DNA of 24,199 bases, taken from IMG/VR virus record IMGVR_UViG_3300031565_013700; one strand, given 5' to 3'. Shown here in pieces: positions 1 to 8,075 of this stretch. The position numbers and the translations under genes were made by a program. Source of the stretch: an uncultured virus (IMG/VR IMGVR_UViG_3300031565_013700). Lineage: Duplodnaviria; Heunggongvirae; Uroviricota; Caudoviricetes. The notes beneath the pieces are model-generated. The model made no database searches, was not told the origin of the DNA, and saw only the letters and a list, made by a program, of their open reading frames with translations. Within the stretch, counting starts at the first letter, position 1. Every line of letters begins with the position of its first letter.

Positions 1-956
1 ACGTCGTTGCTTATGGATCTTCCACCATCAAATATAGGAAAAGATTGCCAAATGGTAATTGGACTGATGATGTTGATCTAATAACAGGCCTTACCCAAAC
101 ATTAATGACACCAACTATCTCAGCAGGAATAAACGGAGAGCTTGTGATATTTTATTATGAAGGAAATGAGGTAAGTTACATTCGGTACACTCCCGATAAC
201 GGATGGTCTGAGCCAGATAGCAGAGAACTACCTTATGATGTTTATAGAAATAATCTCCAGGCACCATTATCATTCAATGGAAAAATCATGGTATATGCTG
301 AGGTAGAAGATAACGCGCCGTATTCAGGCACAATATATGCACTATCTTTGAGGACATATAATCCATTAGAATTAAAAGCAGAATTCGTAGTACGGTATGG
401 TTTCGAGAATCTTAAAGCCGAGTTCGTGGTGAGGTATGGCAAAGCGGATTTATTTGCAGATTTCAGGGTGCCATTCAGGTCTGAAAAGGATCTCTACGCC
501 CGATTCAAAGTCGAACCACATAAAAACCTGAAAGCAGTATTCACATTGAGGCAGCTGACGGCTGATCTGAAAGCGGAATTCGTGGTGGGTGACTTGGTAG
601 ATATTTACACAATCTCGTCTGAAGTAACCTATTATAACCCGACCGTTTGGACGGCAGTAACAGGGATGCCCTTAACCATACCAAATGTCAAAATAGGGGA
701 TAAAATTGTGGTTATCTATGATGGGCAATATTCTACCCTTTACGCTTACCTTAGATTAACTGCAGGAGGCACCCAGCTTGGACCATATTATGCAAAAGCG
801 GGATTGTCTTATGGGGAATATCTAGTGAGCCTTACCAGATCGTATGTCGCAATAGCCAATGGTAATCTCATAATCCAGCCAGAATGGTATAATGGATCTG
901 CTAATCAAACCCAGCATTATAAGAGCAACATGGTCATCATGCATTTCCGTGCCTAA
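1..956 (+). CDS. Fibre/receptor-binding-like virion protein, 5'-truncated; propeller-like segment, 6 LKAEFVVR-type repeats, C-terminal beta-sandwich
   Basis: The frame is open from position 3 (VVAYGSSTIKYRKRLPNG...), so the TTG at 45 is probably not the start. Repeats lie at about 367-595. The C-terminal domain (WTAVTGMPLTI...SNMVIMHFRA) resembles phage fibre tip domains. Confidence 0.6.
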   Translation, partial: VVAYGSSTIKYRKRLPNGNWTDDVDLITGLTQTLMTPTISAGINGELVIFYYEGNEVSYIRYTPDNGWSEPDSRELPYDVYRNNLQAPLSFNGKIMVYAEVEDNAPYSGTIYALSLRTYNPLELKAEFVVRYGFENLKAEFVVRYGKADLFADFRVPFRSEKDLYARFKVEPHKNLKAVFTLRQLTADLKAEFVVGDLVDIYTISSEVTYYNPTVWTAVTGMPLTIPNVKIGDKIVVIYDGQYSTLYAYLRLTAGGTQLGPYYAKAGLSYGEYLVSLTRSYVAIANGNLIIQPEWYNGSANQTQHYKSNMVIMHFRA

Positions 957-3667
957 CGTAACCAGTTTCTTCCTCTTTTAACTGGCTCCTCTATTGTGAA
1001 TGTTTTGATGTCGAGCATGTCAGGGCGTATATAGAATTCGGCGCCGAGATTGAGAGAGGCATTAAACTGATTCACGAAGAATTCAGCCTCAAGGTCTTTG
1101 ACTAGCGTCGCTTGACTGACTTTAAATACGGATCTGAGATCCAAAACAGAACTGTGTCGGACCTTGAATTTGCAGTAGATCCGCCTACGGATGAACTGGC
1201 TATGACGGATAACAAAGATTACCCTCAGTTCTTTTGAAGTTGTTTGCCTGATGATTGATTCGGCCGCCAGATCCAAACTTGCAGAATGTCTTATAATGAC
1301 CTCGGCGGGTAGCTCTAGGTTCTCTTGCCTAAGGCGGAAAACGGCCTTGAGATCGAGGCTACCGGAAGAGTAAACACTGAAAACGGCCTTGAGATCACGC
1401 CAGTGGATAACAATGAGTTCGGCCGGAATATCCTTTGAGGCCGAATGCCGAATTACCACGAAGGCCTCGAGATCCTTGCTGGTCGAATGTCTTATGATAG
1501 CTTCAACTAATAAATCTCGGCTGTCTTGGCCAACATGGAAAGTGGCGGAGAGATCATTGATAGCCGAATGCCTTACCTTGAATTCGGCCTTGAGATCACG
1601 CCAGTGGGTAACAATAAATTTGGCGAAAAGGTTGGTATCCCCGCCTACTGTACCGGGAAGAGTGCGATAGGCAAAACCTATTTTTTTATCGGCCGCTCCC
1701 TGATCTCCGGTATAATAAGAAATCACGAGCGTTTTGTTGACATCGCTTATTATGAAACCATTAGGAATGGTGTTGTTTCCTTCCCAGCCCTCTGTCGCTC
1801 TATATGCTGGTTGTGCAGGTCTTTGGATCCAGGCATTAGCAACATGAAAATCTTGTTCTCGGACATATGCTTCATAAGCTCGGCTAGATACATCACCGTT
1901 ATAGAGCCATTCATAAAGCAAGTAATAGATGACTTCGACCCCTTCAATTCTCTTGATCAAACTGGGGTTGGCACAGAAAGTATCAGCTCCATAAGTATTG
2001 CTGAATGCCTGACCCGTATCCACCCAACCGGTAAGAGGAAGTGCCTGAGTAGTTTTTGCGGTACCAATGGCAACCATATTGCGCTGTTTATTCGCTTCGT
2101 AGGCAGCATACCAGTCTCCATTAGAAGCCTTGAGGATTCTAAAATCTTCGAGGCCGTTACTATTAGGAGCCCAGGCGGGAATGAAAGCAGCAATGATTCC
2201 ATATTTTGTCCATGAGGTTAGGTTGTTGCTTCTCGAGACACCTATTTTGTTCTGATTGCCTGCGATATCTGCTCCAACATAGAATATCCAGAAGTCATGT
2301 GTGGAGGATGGCTGATCATGCATATAGAGGAAATCTGCGACGGCTATCTGGTAATCCCAGGCCCCGGCTCCTCCGGAGGGCACTATTTCGTCGTATCCGG
2401 AATCAACCCAGTTCAGGAGATTATAGGAGTAACAGATCCCTATCCCTTTTTGTGGGGAGGCACTGGGGGTATTGTAGACCGCCCAATATTTTCCATCGTG
2501 CTTCACCGGAAGACTTGTCTCAGGATCTCGAAGGACGCAGAAGTTATCCGGGGTAGTTGAGGACCAGCTGTAGTCTCCTGAATCCCAGACGGGATTAGAT
2601 TTCTTCGTCCACGTAGCCCAGCGGTTCACGGGTTCGACGCGGAATTTAGCGAATCTGGTCGATGAGGTGCTATGCCTTACGATAAATTTTGATGGGAGAT
2701 TGGAGACACCGTAGCGGATGGTGAAGGTGCTGATCAGATCTTTGGTTGCGGTGTGCCTCACGATAAATTCTGCTGGAATATTATATGTCGCAGATTGCCG
2801 GATGGTTGTTTTGCATGGGATTTCCTTCGTGGCAGTACGTCTTACAATGAATTCTGCTTCGAGATCTCCTATCCCCTGTTTTAAGACGAATTTGGCATGG
2901 AGATCCACGGAACCTGATTTGCGGACTATGAATTTGGCATCAAGGTCGGCGGTTCCCGTGGGGGCTATGAAGGCTTCAGCTTTAAGATCCTGCGATCCGG
3001 CCTTCCTGACTACAAATTTGGCTTTCAGGTTCTGAGGCGTGCCGTCTTCTATTAGTGAATCTTTAAGGTTCTCGAGGTATCCGCTGATTGTAACAGAGTT
3101 CGCCAAGTTTATTGATTGGGCGATCATCATGTACTGGAGATTCCAGTTACCGTGCAGGACGAGTCCTTTACCTCCGGCGCCGTAATCGGGTTCTGGGATT
3201 GAGAATGCTGGATCTGTGTAGACATAAAGCATCCAGCTGGTGCCTGATTTGACGATCTTGCAGTAATAGGTGGTGCCGACGTTGAGGAGATTATTGCCTA
3301 GACTGACAGCATATCCGGTCGTGTTGTATGTTTCCCAGGGGATCAGGGAATAGGTCGTGGTGGAGTTGGCGCTCCTGAGTATCAGTCCGAAGCTCTCATA
3401 ACCGCCTGCGTTAACATCAGTGTAATCATCAAGATGCTCTGAGACGAAGATGACTCCTTCGCGTATGGTCTGGGATGCGCTTTGGATTGCAGTTATCCTG
3501 AGAGTGAAATATCGGATGAAGTTCTGGAGGGTCCCGGCCTTATTCTTATAGATATAGGTGTTCGTATCTGTTCTATTGAGATTAGTCCAAGTGACCCTGG
3601 AAGCTGTCTTAGATATTCGGCCGCTGGCATCGCTTTCAGTCCAGGTTGTGAAGTTATCTTGAACCAA
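953..3667 (-). CDS. 904-aa fibre/spike-like protein: lectin-like N-terminal domain, 10 repeats, five-bladed beta-propeller (GH43/GH32/GH130-like), 15 repeats
   Basis: TTG start preceded by GAGG. Propeller blade motifs WTKKSNPV, DGKYWAVYN, GIGICYSYNLLNW, FWIFYVG, KIGVSRSNNLTSWTKYG, LEDFRI. Repeat blocks at about 2631-3034 and 1023-1636. Confidence 0.7.
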   Translation of the reverse strand: MVQDNFTTWTESDASGRISKTASRVTWTNLNRTDTNTYIYKNKAGTLQNFIRYFTLRITAIQSASQTIREGVIFVSEHLDDYTDVNAGGYESFGLILRSANSTTTYSLIPWETYNTTGYAVSLGNNLLNVGTTYYCKIVKSGTSWMLYVYTDPAFSIPEPDYGAGGKGLVLHGNWNLQYMMIAQSINLANSVTISGYLENLKDSLIEDGTPQNLKAKFVVRKAGSQDLKAEAFIAPTGTADLDAKFIVRKSGSVDLHAKFVLKQGIGDLEAEFIVRRTATKEIPCKTTIRQSATYNIPAEFIVRHTATKDLISTFTIRYGVSNLPSKFIVRHSTSSTRFAKFRVEPVNRWATWTKKSNPVWDSGDYSWSSTTPDNFCVLRDPETSLPVKHDGKYWAVYNTPSASPQKGIGICYSYNLLNWVDSGYDEIVPSGGAGAWDYQIAVADFLYMHDQPSSTHDFWIFYVGADIAGNQNKIGVSRSNNLTSWTKYGIIAAFIPAWAPNSNGLEDFRILKASNGDWYAAYEANKQRNMVAIGTAKTTQALPLTGWVDTGQAFSNTYGADTFCANPSLIKRIEGVEVIYYLLYEWLYNGDVSSRAYEAYVREQDFHVANAWIQRPAQPAYRATEGWEGNNTIPNGFIISDVNKTLVISYYTGDQGAADKKIGFAYRTLPGTVGGDTNLFAKFIVTHWRDLKAEFKVRHSAINDLSATFHVGQDSRDLLVEAIIRHSTSKDLEAFVVIRHSASKDIPAELIVIHWRDLKAVFSVYSSGSLDLKAVFRLRQENLELPAEVIIRHSASLDLAAESIIRQTTSKELRVIFVIRHSQFIRRRIYCKFKVRHSSVLDLRSVFKVSQATLVKDLEAEFFVNQFNASLNLGAEFYIRPDMLDIKTFTIEEPVKRGRNWLR
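1023..1636 (-). repeat. About 15 tandem 12-16-aa coding repeats (consensus near S-x-x-D-L-x-A-x-F-x-V/I-R-H)
   Basis: Examples: WRDLKAEFKVRH, STSKDLEAFVVIRH, SASLDLAAESIIRQ. The DNA cggccttgagatcacgccagtgg is identical at 1384-1406 and 1585-1607. Confidence 0.9.
2631..3034 (-). repeat. 10 tandem 13-14-aa coding repeats of the same family
   Basis: QNLKAKFVVRK, TGTADLDAKFIVRK, GIGDLEAEFIVRR, SATYNIPAEFIVRH, GVSNLPSKFIVRH and others. Confidence 0.9.
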
Positions 3668-3751
3668 TGTATGCCTCTAGTTATTGTTGGGCTGAGGATT
3701 AATAATTGTTTTATATTAAGAAACTATTTTCGCCTTGTTGAAAATATCGCA

Positions 3752-3925
3752 TTATTTTGCTTTTCTAATGCGGAAGGAAATTTGTTGTTTTTTGATCCCG
3801 CTTTCTGAAGGTTTTGTCTCCTGCAGGGATGGGCCCCGCCCCGAGATTCCGAATGTCTCGATTACCAAGCGATCTCCACGAATAATAAATTCTGCAAACA
3901 GTTCTTGGTTTCCTGCGTTGGCCAT
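3752..3925 (-). CDS. 57-aa small protein with one copy of the repeat motif (not in the ORF track)
   Basis: Translated by hand: MANAGNQELFAEFIIRGDRLVIETFGISGRGPSLQETKPSESGIKKQQISFRIRKAK*. TTTTAAA at 3957-3951 lies about 25 nt upstream of the ATG. ELFAEFIIRGDRLVIETFGI parallels NLGAEFYIRPDMLDIKTFTI at the end of the 904-aa protein. Confidence 0.7.
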   Translation of the reverse strand: MANAGNQELFAEFIIRGDRLVIETFGISGRGPSLQETKPSESGIKKQQISFRIRKAK

Positions 3926-3950
3926 AAATATTGACTTGTGTTCCCTAAGA

Positions 3951-3997
3951 TTTAAAATGGTTAGGATATAAGAAACAGTTTCTGGAATAAATTTAAA
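3951..3997. promoter_or_regulatory. Divergent archaeal TATA promoters with a central palindrome
   Basis: TTTAAA at 3992-3997 (+) is 26 nt before ATG 4024 with a purine-rich BRE-like stretch upstream. TTTTAAA at 3957-3951 (-) is 25 nt before ATG 3925. The palindrome AGAAAC-A-GTTTCT at 3971-3983 lies between them. Confidence 0.6.
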
Positions 3998-4023
3998 CGG
4001 GCAAAAGTATCAATTCTATCGTT

Positions 4024-4647
4024 ATGCCCGCTAATTGGTTAATTCACATGAAGGATGGGGTAACGCTCACGGATGCAGATTGTTTCCCCCATGAAGTTGA
4101 AGTCATGAAACAACGCGGATATTTACCTGATGATATAACAAGCGTTGAAAGAATCATCCATGGTAAGCATCTCACTATAAAGAAATCGCCGTTTATCGAC
4201 ACCTTCTTCGTGGCCACCGAGGAGGGGATTGACATGAAGATGGTCCCTGGCGCAAAAATGCCTCCCGTCGTGACAAAACGGATGCTCGGCTGTTATGTGA
4301 AGGACACCGATCCGCCGCTGCAGACTCGCCTGATAATGGATCCCAGGACCTATGATACCAAGTTGAAGTTCATCCGGGTGACGAAGAAGACTCTCAGAGG
4401 GATCAATGCCAAGCCCACAATTCCTCTCAAGAGAGGCGAGCTGGAGGTTGAATTTACCCGTGAAATGATCGAAAATAATTATTCGATTATTCAGACCACT
4501 GATGTCGACAAATGCTTCACTTCACCCAATGGCCTATCCTGTTTTCTGAAGAAGCCCGCAATCAAGGTTGAGCTAGTTATATACAGTCAAAATGTTCTGC
4601 TGGGTTTCATGCAGAAGGGACATGCACTTAAGATCGAGCTACCTTAA
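4024..4647 (+). CDS. Hypothetical protein, 207 aa
   Basis: Clean ORF with a well-spaced TATA box. No family recognised. Confidence 0.75.
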   Translation: MPANWLIHMKDGVTLTDADCFPHEVEVMKQRGYLPDDITSVERIIHGKHLTIKKSPFIDTFFVATEEGIDMKMVPGAKMPPVVTKRMLGCYVKDTDPPLQTRLIMDPRTYDTKLKFIRVTKKTLRGINAKPTIPLKRGELEVEFTREMIENNYSIIQTTDVDKCFTSPNGLSCFLKKPAIKVELVIYSQNVLLGFMQKGHALKIELP

Positions 4648-4777
4648 AAAAAGCCCCCGCCTGACCGGTCCTCTTGCCCCAAATGGGGCCTCTGGCCTTA
4701 CACGCAGGGGAGGAGTTTTATCGGTGTAGCTGTGCGGCCGTGCGCCACTCTACGAGATGGTCTGGTCCCCGACTACC
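4646..4777 (-). terminator. GC-rich structured region between convergent genes, ending in T7 on the minus strand
   Basis: Hairpin GCCCC-AAAT-GGGGC at 4676-4689; TCCTC/GAGGA at 4669-4673/4710-4714; GTAG/CTAC at 4726-4729/4750-4753; A7 at 4646-4652. Confidence 0.45.
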
Positions 4778-5164
4778 TTACCCAGTGTACTGGTACCTGT
4801 GGTGCAGGAGGAAGGCGACCCTACCAGCTGTCGTAGCTCCAGCAGGGACGGATACCAAAGTCTTGATGACCGTGGACCCGCCAGCGGCGTATGTGCTGCC
4901 GACATACGCCTCATTTCCACCAACCGACTCGATCATCGTGTCCTCGCTGACCGTGGACACCCTGACCCAGCTCTCCTTCCTGGCCTCACTAGCGTTTGTG
5001 GATTCCTTGAAGCTGATGCTCATGTTTATGGCATTAGCCCAGCTTGTGCTGTTTCCAGCCTGATAGATGCTAAATCTTTGCCAAGCAGAAGAGCCACCTA
5101 CGTCAATCGTGCCGTAGTTGATGGAGCCAATGCTGAAGCTAACTTCAGGCGCTGACTTCGCCAA
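4778..5164 (-). CDS. About 128-aa beta-rich (Ig/pilin-like) putative structural protein
   Basis: Likely start is TTG at 5164 after GGGAG. The track's extension to 5245 runs through AT-rich intergenic DNA. The protein is S/T/G/A-rich and all-beta-like, ending VSVPAGATTAGRVAFLLHHRYQYTG. Confidence 0.65.
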   Translation of the reverse strand: MAKSAPEVSFSIGSINYGTIDVGGSSAWQRFSIYQAGNSTSWANAINMSISFKESTNASEARKESWVRVSTVSEDTMIESVGGNEAYVGSTYAAGGSTVIKTLVSVPAGATTAGRVAFLLHHRYQYTG

Positions 5165-5179
5165 TGTGTTTCTCCCTAG

Positions 5180-5206
5180 ATGAGAATAACTCTCATGTAA
5201 TAAAAA
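5180..5206 (-). promoter_or_regulatory. TATA-like element followed by an inverted repeat (possible operator)
   Basis: TTTTTTATTA on the minus strand near 5198-5207, then ATGAGA-ATAAC-TCTCAT at 5180-5196 just before the RBS. Confidence 0.35.
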
Positions 5207-5231
5207 ACTCTTATTATAGAAACTGTTTTTT

Positions 5232-6380
5232 TTATTGCTCTGCAACGACTTTCCTGAGGATGTCTACCACCTGTTTCGCCTCATCATTGACGTTGAAGTA
5301 TTTCTCCGCGATCTTGCGGCACTGGAGGGCCACGTCCTCACGGTTGTTTGCGACTTCTTCCCACACTTCCATGATCTTATCTGCCAAGCTCTCGATGCTG
5401 AAAGCCTCGGCATAACGATAAGCATGGGAGTCTCCATGCGGGTCGGAGTTCCAAGTTATTACAGGGCAGCCGCACGCCGTGGCCTCCTGCATTGAACGGG
5501 AGAGATCGCCATAGATGGCTGAGCCGAAGTACACATCCCCTCGGCTGTAATAGTGTTCTGGATAGTCCACGATGCCTCTAATCCCATGTTTTCCCATGAA
5601 GGCATCGAAGTTAGCCCGTTTCATGAGCTCCTGCCAGAAGGGTTGCTTTATGTTGCATCCCCAGACATTGAGTTTGATGCCCTTGTTTTCCTCGTAGATT
5701 TCATTGAGTGCATAGAATAGATAGAATGGATGCTTGATATTCCTCCATATCTCGCCATAGAGGACGCTAGGCGATCCCTCGAGGTCCTGCTTCATGGAGG
5801 ACCTCACCCACCAGGAGAGGTCGATGCCTTTACTAATCCGGTGGATTTTTTCCCCGGTGGGATCAAAAACTTTCCAGATTTCCTCAGCTCTCTTGCTTGT
5901 AACAAAAGAAGCCTCGAAGCGGTTCATCCAATCGGCTGATGATGAAAAGCTCTTTCTCTTGTCATCTGGCATGAGCTCATTTTCTAGGCAGGCCTCTGGA
6001 GTGCCGTGGGCGAAAAAGGCTTTGGGTTTCAGCTCAGCCACGTTGTTCGACATTGTAGAGTGTATTACATGGATGTCCGCCCATTTCATGGCCCAGCCCC
6101 AATCTTGGGTTCTCATCTCGGGATGGAATGCGTCGACGGCGCCGCCTTCCGCTGCTTTCTTAACTACAGCTTTTGGCGCGGTGGGCGGGGGCGTCTCGCA
6201 TAATCCGGCGAGGACACCTTCTATCTGATTCTCTGCGGCGATGAGTTCCCGGGTAGTCTCATACATACCGCTTAGCTTGGGTCCGAATAGACACCAATGG
6301 GCGATCTTCAGATTAATTTTCTCGCCTTCTTTCCAGGGTGGAATGCCACCCTTTGGACCGTCAGAGAATTTCTGGGACAT
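5232..6380 (-). CDS. GT-B fold glycosyltransferase (GT4-like), about 382 aa
   Basis: LKIAHW...SGMYETTREL, ADIHVIHS, AHGTPE, ISKGIDL, YSRGDVYF...MQEATACGCPVITWN and the C-terminal AEKYFNV helix. Start reassigned to ATG 6380, with TTTTTATT about 23 nt upstream. The 6572 start would overlap the upstream gene by 158 nt. Confidence 0.85.
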   Translation of the reverse strand: MSQKFSDGPKGGIPPWKEGEKINLKIAHWCLFGPKLSGMYETTRELIAAENQIEGVLAGLCETPPPTAPKAVVKKAAEGGAVDAFHPEMRTQDWGWAMKWADIHVIHSTMSNNVAELKPKAFFAHGTPEACLENELMPDDKRKSFSSSADWMNRFEASFVTSKRAEEIWKVFDPTGEKIHRISKGIDLSWWVRSSMKQDLEGSPSVLYGEIWRNIKHPFYLFYALNEIYEENKGIKLNVWGCNIKQPFWQELMKRANFDAFMGKHGIRGIVDYPEHYYSRGDVYFGSAIYGDLSRSMQEATACGCPVITWNSDPHGDSHAYRYAEAFSIESLADKIMEVWEEVANNREDVALQCRKIAEKYFNVNDEAKQVVDILRKVVAEQ

Positions 6381-6434
6381 GACAGTGTATAATTGCGTAT
6401 GGAATAAAAAAGGCTTAGGAGAGAATTTCTGGGA
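6363..6434. repeat. 15-bp perfect direct repeat AGAGAATTTCTGGGA
   Basis: Copies at 6363-6377 and 6420-6434, bracketing the intergenic spacer. Confidence 0.85.
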
Positions 6435-7119
6435 AAAGTCGTTGTCGTAGCTTCCTGAAGAACAGGAGGCCATTCCAGCCGAAAGCGTGTTTGAGGCTTC
6501 TGCTGATGGGGCATTGTGGTTCAGGTGGTTCAGGACCCCCTTCATAGTAGACGTGCAGAATGTCCATGTCATTTACCAGGGCTGCTGCGCCAATGTAGTC
6601 TCCTTCCGTCCTGAGCTGATCCGCCAGTCGATAACCGTTTTGGCGCATCTCTTCAACTACATCCTTCAGCTCCAGGTTCTGTCGCATGGCCACGATAAGT
6701 CCATAATTGAAAGCTTCTTTGAAAATCTGCTCTTTGTCTGTGGTGAAGGATACGACGTCATTATATCCGAGATACTCCTTGATGCCCTGCTCAACTGCAT
6801 GAGCGCCAAGGCCCTTTCCGCTGGAACAGTTCATGCAATAGACGTGCATTCCTTTCAGCTTGTTGAGATTGGATAGATCGATGATGGGTTGCTCGTCGTC
6901 GCCCCACATGACGTAGTCGCTTCCGTGATCGTAATGCACGAACCAACTGGGGGTATTTTTCTCGAGAGCGTCAAGTACCTGAGACTGTATCGCTTGATCA
7001 TCGAGCAATGTTTGAATTTGGGCTGCTGTGCCGATCTGGGTTACGGCATCGATTAACCAGGCGTGGCTGTATATGGTGACGGAATCGAACAGGGGCGCGG
7101 CTGCTGTTACTGTCTCCAT
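6415..7119 (-). CDS. Putative clan CD (caspase/gingipain C25/CHAT-like) cysteine peptidase
   Basis: WFVHYDHGS (His-Gly) and HVYCMNCSSG (Cys), each after a hydrophobic strand, then LG...GIKEYLGY. A Pro-rich linker precedes a basic amphipathic C-terminal tail. Confidence 0.65.
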   Translation of the reverse strand: METVTAAAPLFDSVTIYSHAWLIDAVTQIGTAAQIQTLLDDQAIQSQVLDALEKNTPSWFVHYDHGSDYVMWGDDEQPIIDLSNLNKLKGMHVYCMNCSSGKGLGAHAVEQGIKEYLGYNDVVSFTTDKEQIFKEAFNYGLIVAMRQNLELKDVVEEMRQNGYRLADQLRTEGDYIGAAALVNDMDILHVYYEGGPEPPEPQCPISRSLKHAFGWNGLLFFRKLRQRLFPEILS

Positions 7120-7124
7120 GGATC

Positions 7125-7316
7125 CTAACCTCGACTGAGGGTGTGAAGCTTCAAGCCCAGAATCATCTTGCGGAGAGTCTTTCTTAGGTCAGGATCATGG
7201 TTGAAGTCCCGGATGATCTCTTCTCTAGTGTAGGTCCTCGAACCGATGATGAGTTTCCAGTCTCCTGGCTTGGTTTTGACTACTTCCAGAATTTCTTTAT
7301 CGAATTCATCCGACAT
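7125..7316 (-). CDS. 63-aa hypothetical protein, probable partner of the peptidase
   Basis: Tightly packed (3-nt and 5-nt gaps) between the methyltransferase and the peptidase. Confidence 0.7.
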   Translation of the reverse strand: MSDEFDKEILEVVKTKPGDWKLIIGSRTYTREEIIRDFNHDPDLRKTLRKMILGLKLHTLSRG

Positions 7317-7319
7317 GGA

Positions 7320-8012
7320 TTATATTTCCTTCTCTATAATGAAAAGGGTTGTTCTCGTAAAAAGACCTGGGGGTTCCATGCGAAGTGGTTCGGCCTCGAG
7401 GGGAAAGATCGAGTGGAACTGTTGGTAAGTCACCTTCTGGTGGGTATGGCGAATTGCTTCGCTGGGGATCCCAAGTTCTTTGAGGAGAACTTGAATATTT
7501 TCGATGGAAATATTTCTGAGAGTTAACTTGTCCTCTCTAACTACTTTCTTGTTGTTCGCAGTTTCGACCCCAAAAATCATGACCTTTTCCGAGAGTTCCC
7601 ACATGTTCTGCAGCAGATTCTTGATCATCACCATCGTTGGAATGTGTATTATGAGGCTAGTTGAGATGGTGGTGTCATATCGGGGTGGAAGATGCTGGGA
7701 TTCCAGGGTCTTGACTAGGTTTATGACGGGCTGCGTGGCATCTGCCTGTATGGTTCGTATTTCCGGGAAATAGTTTTCCAGATAGGTGAGCATTTCTTTG
7801 CTGTAATCCAAGCCCACATATCTTTCAGGTTCTTTGATGAATGGCACGATGTGGCCCATGCCACAACCAAAATCAAGTACGGAACTGCCTTTAATGAAGA
7901 GAGCGGCATGTCTGCAGAGTAGCGATTGGCTGCCCTGGGTTAATCGGGGATCTTTATAAAGCCGTAAATACCGTTCGGTTCTTTCCTGGTTCCACAAAGA
8001 TTCGTCTGGCAT
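7320..8012 (-). CDS. Class I SAM-dependent methyltransferase
   Basis: Motif I SVLDFGCGMG, YVGLDYSKEML, IQADAT, YDTTISTSLIIHIP. No DPPY/NPPY or PC motif of DNA methylases. Confidence 0.9.
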   Translation of the reverse strand: MPDESLWNQERTERYLRLYKDPRLTQGSQSLLCRHAALFIKGSSVLDFGCGMGHIVPFIKEPERYVGLDYSKEMLTYLENYFPEIRTIQADATQPVINLVKTLESQHLPPRYDTTISTSLIIHIPTMVMIKNLLQNMWELSEKVMIFGVETANNKKVVREDKLTLRNISIENIQVLLKELGIPSEAIRHTHQKVTYQQFHSIFPLEAEPLRMEPPGLFTRTTLFIIEKEI

Positions 8013-8018
8013 GGTTAT

Positions 8019-8075
8019 GAAAATATAGACTGTAATATAAAATATGGATTATATTGTAAAATATGGATTGTATTA
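8019..8075. repeat. Three tandem imperfect 19-bp repeats over the methyltransferase promoter
   Basis: gaaaatatagactgtaata (8019-8037), taaaatatggattatattg (8038-8056), taaaatatggattgtatta (8057-8075). Confidence 0.8.

Noticed and set aside
1..3667. Diversity-generating retroelement acting on the fibre genes
   Set aside because: No reverse transcriptase and no template/variable repeat pair differing at adenines was seen in the window. One outside the window cannot be excluded.
4648..4777. HDV-like, twister or hammerhead ribozyme, or tRNA
   Set aside because: Partial resemblance only. I could not build the P1/P3 pseudoknot, the catalytic core consensus or a cloverleaf.
6381..6572. 64-aa N-terminal extension of the glycosyltransferase in the ORF track
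   Set aside because: It overlaps the peptidase gene in another frame, and ATG 6380 has its own TATA-like element.
7315..8055. 12-bp direct repeat atggattatatt flanking the methyltransferase (7315-7326, 8044-8055)
   Set aside because: AT-rich 12-mers recur by chance in 24 kb, so this is not enough to call a target-site duplication.
8019..8075. Mini CRISPR array
   Set aside because: The repeats are directly adjacent, imperfect and only 19 bp, with no spacers.
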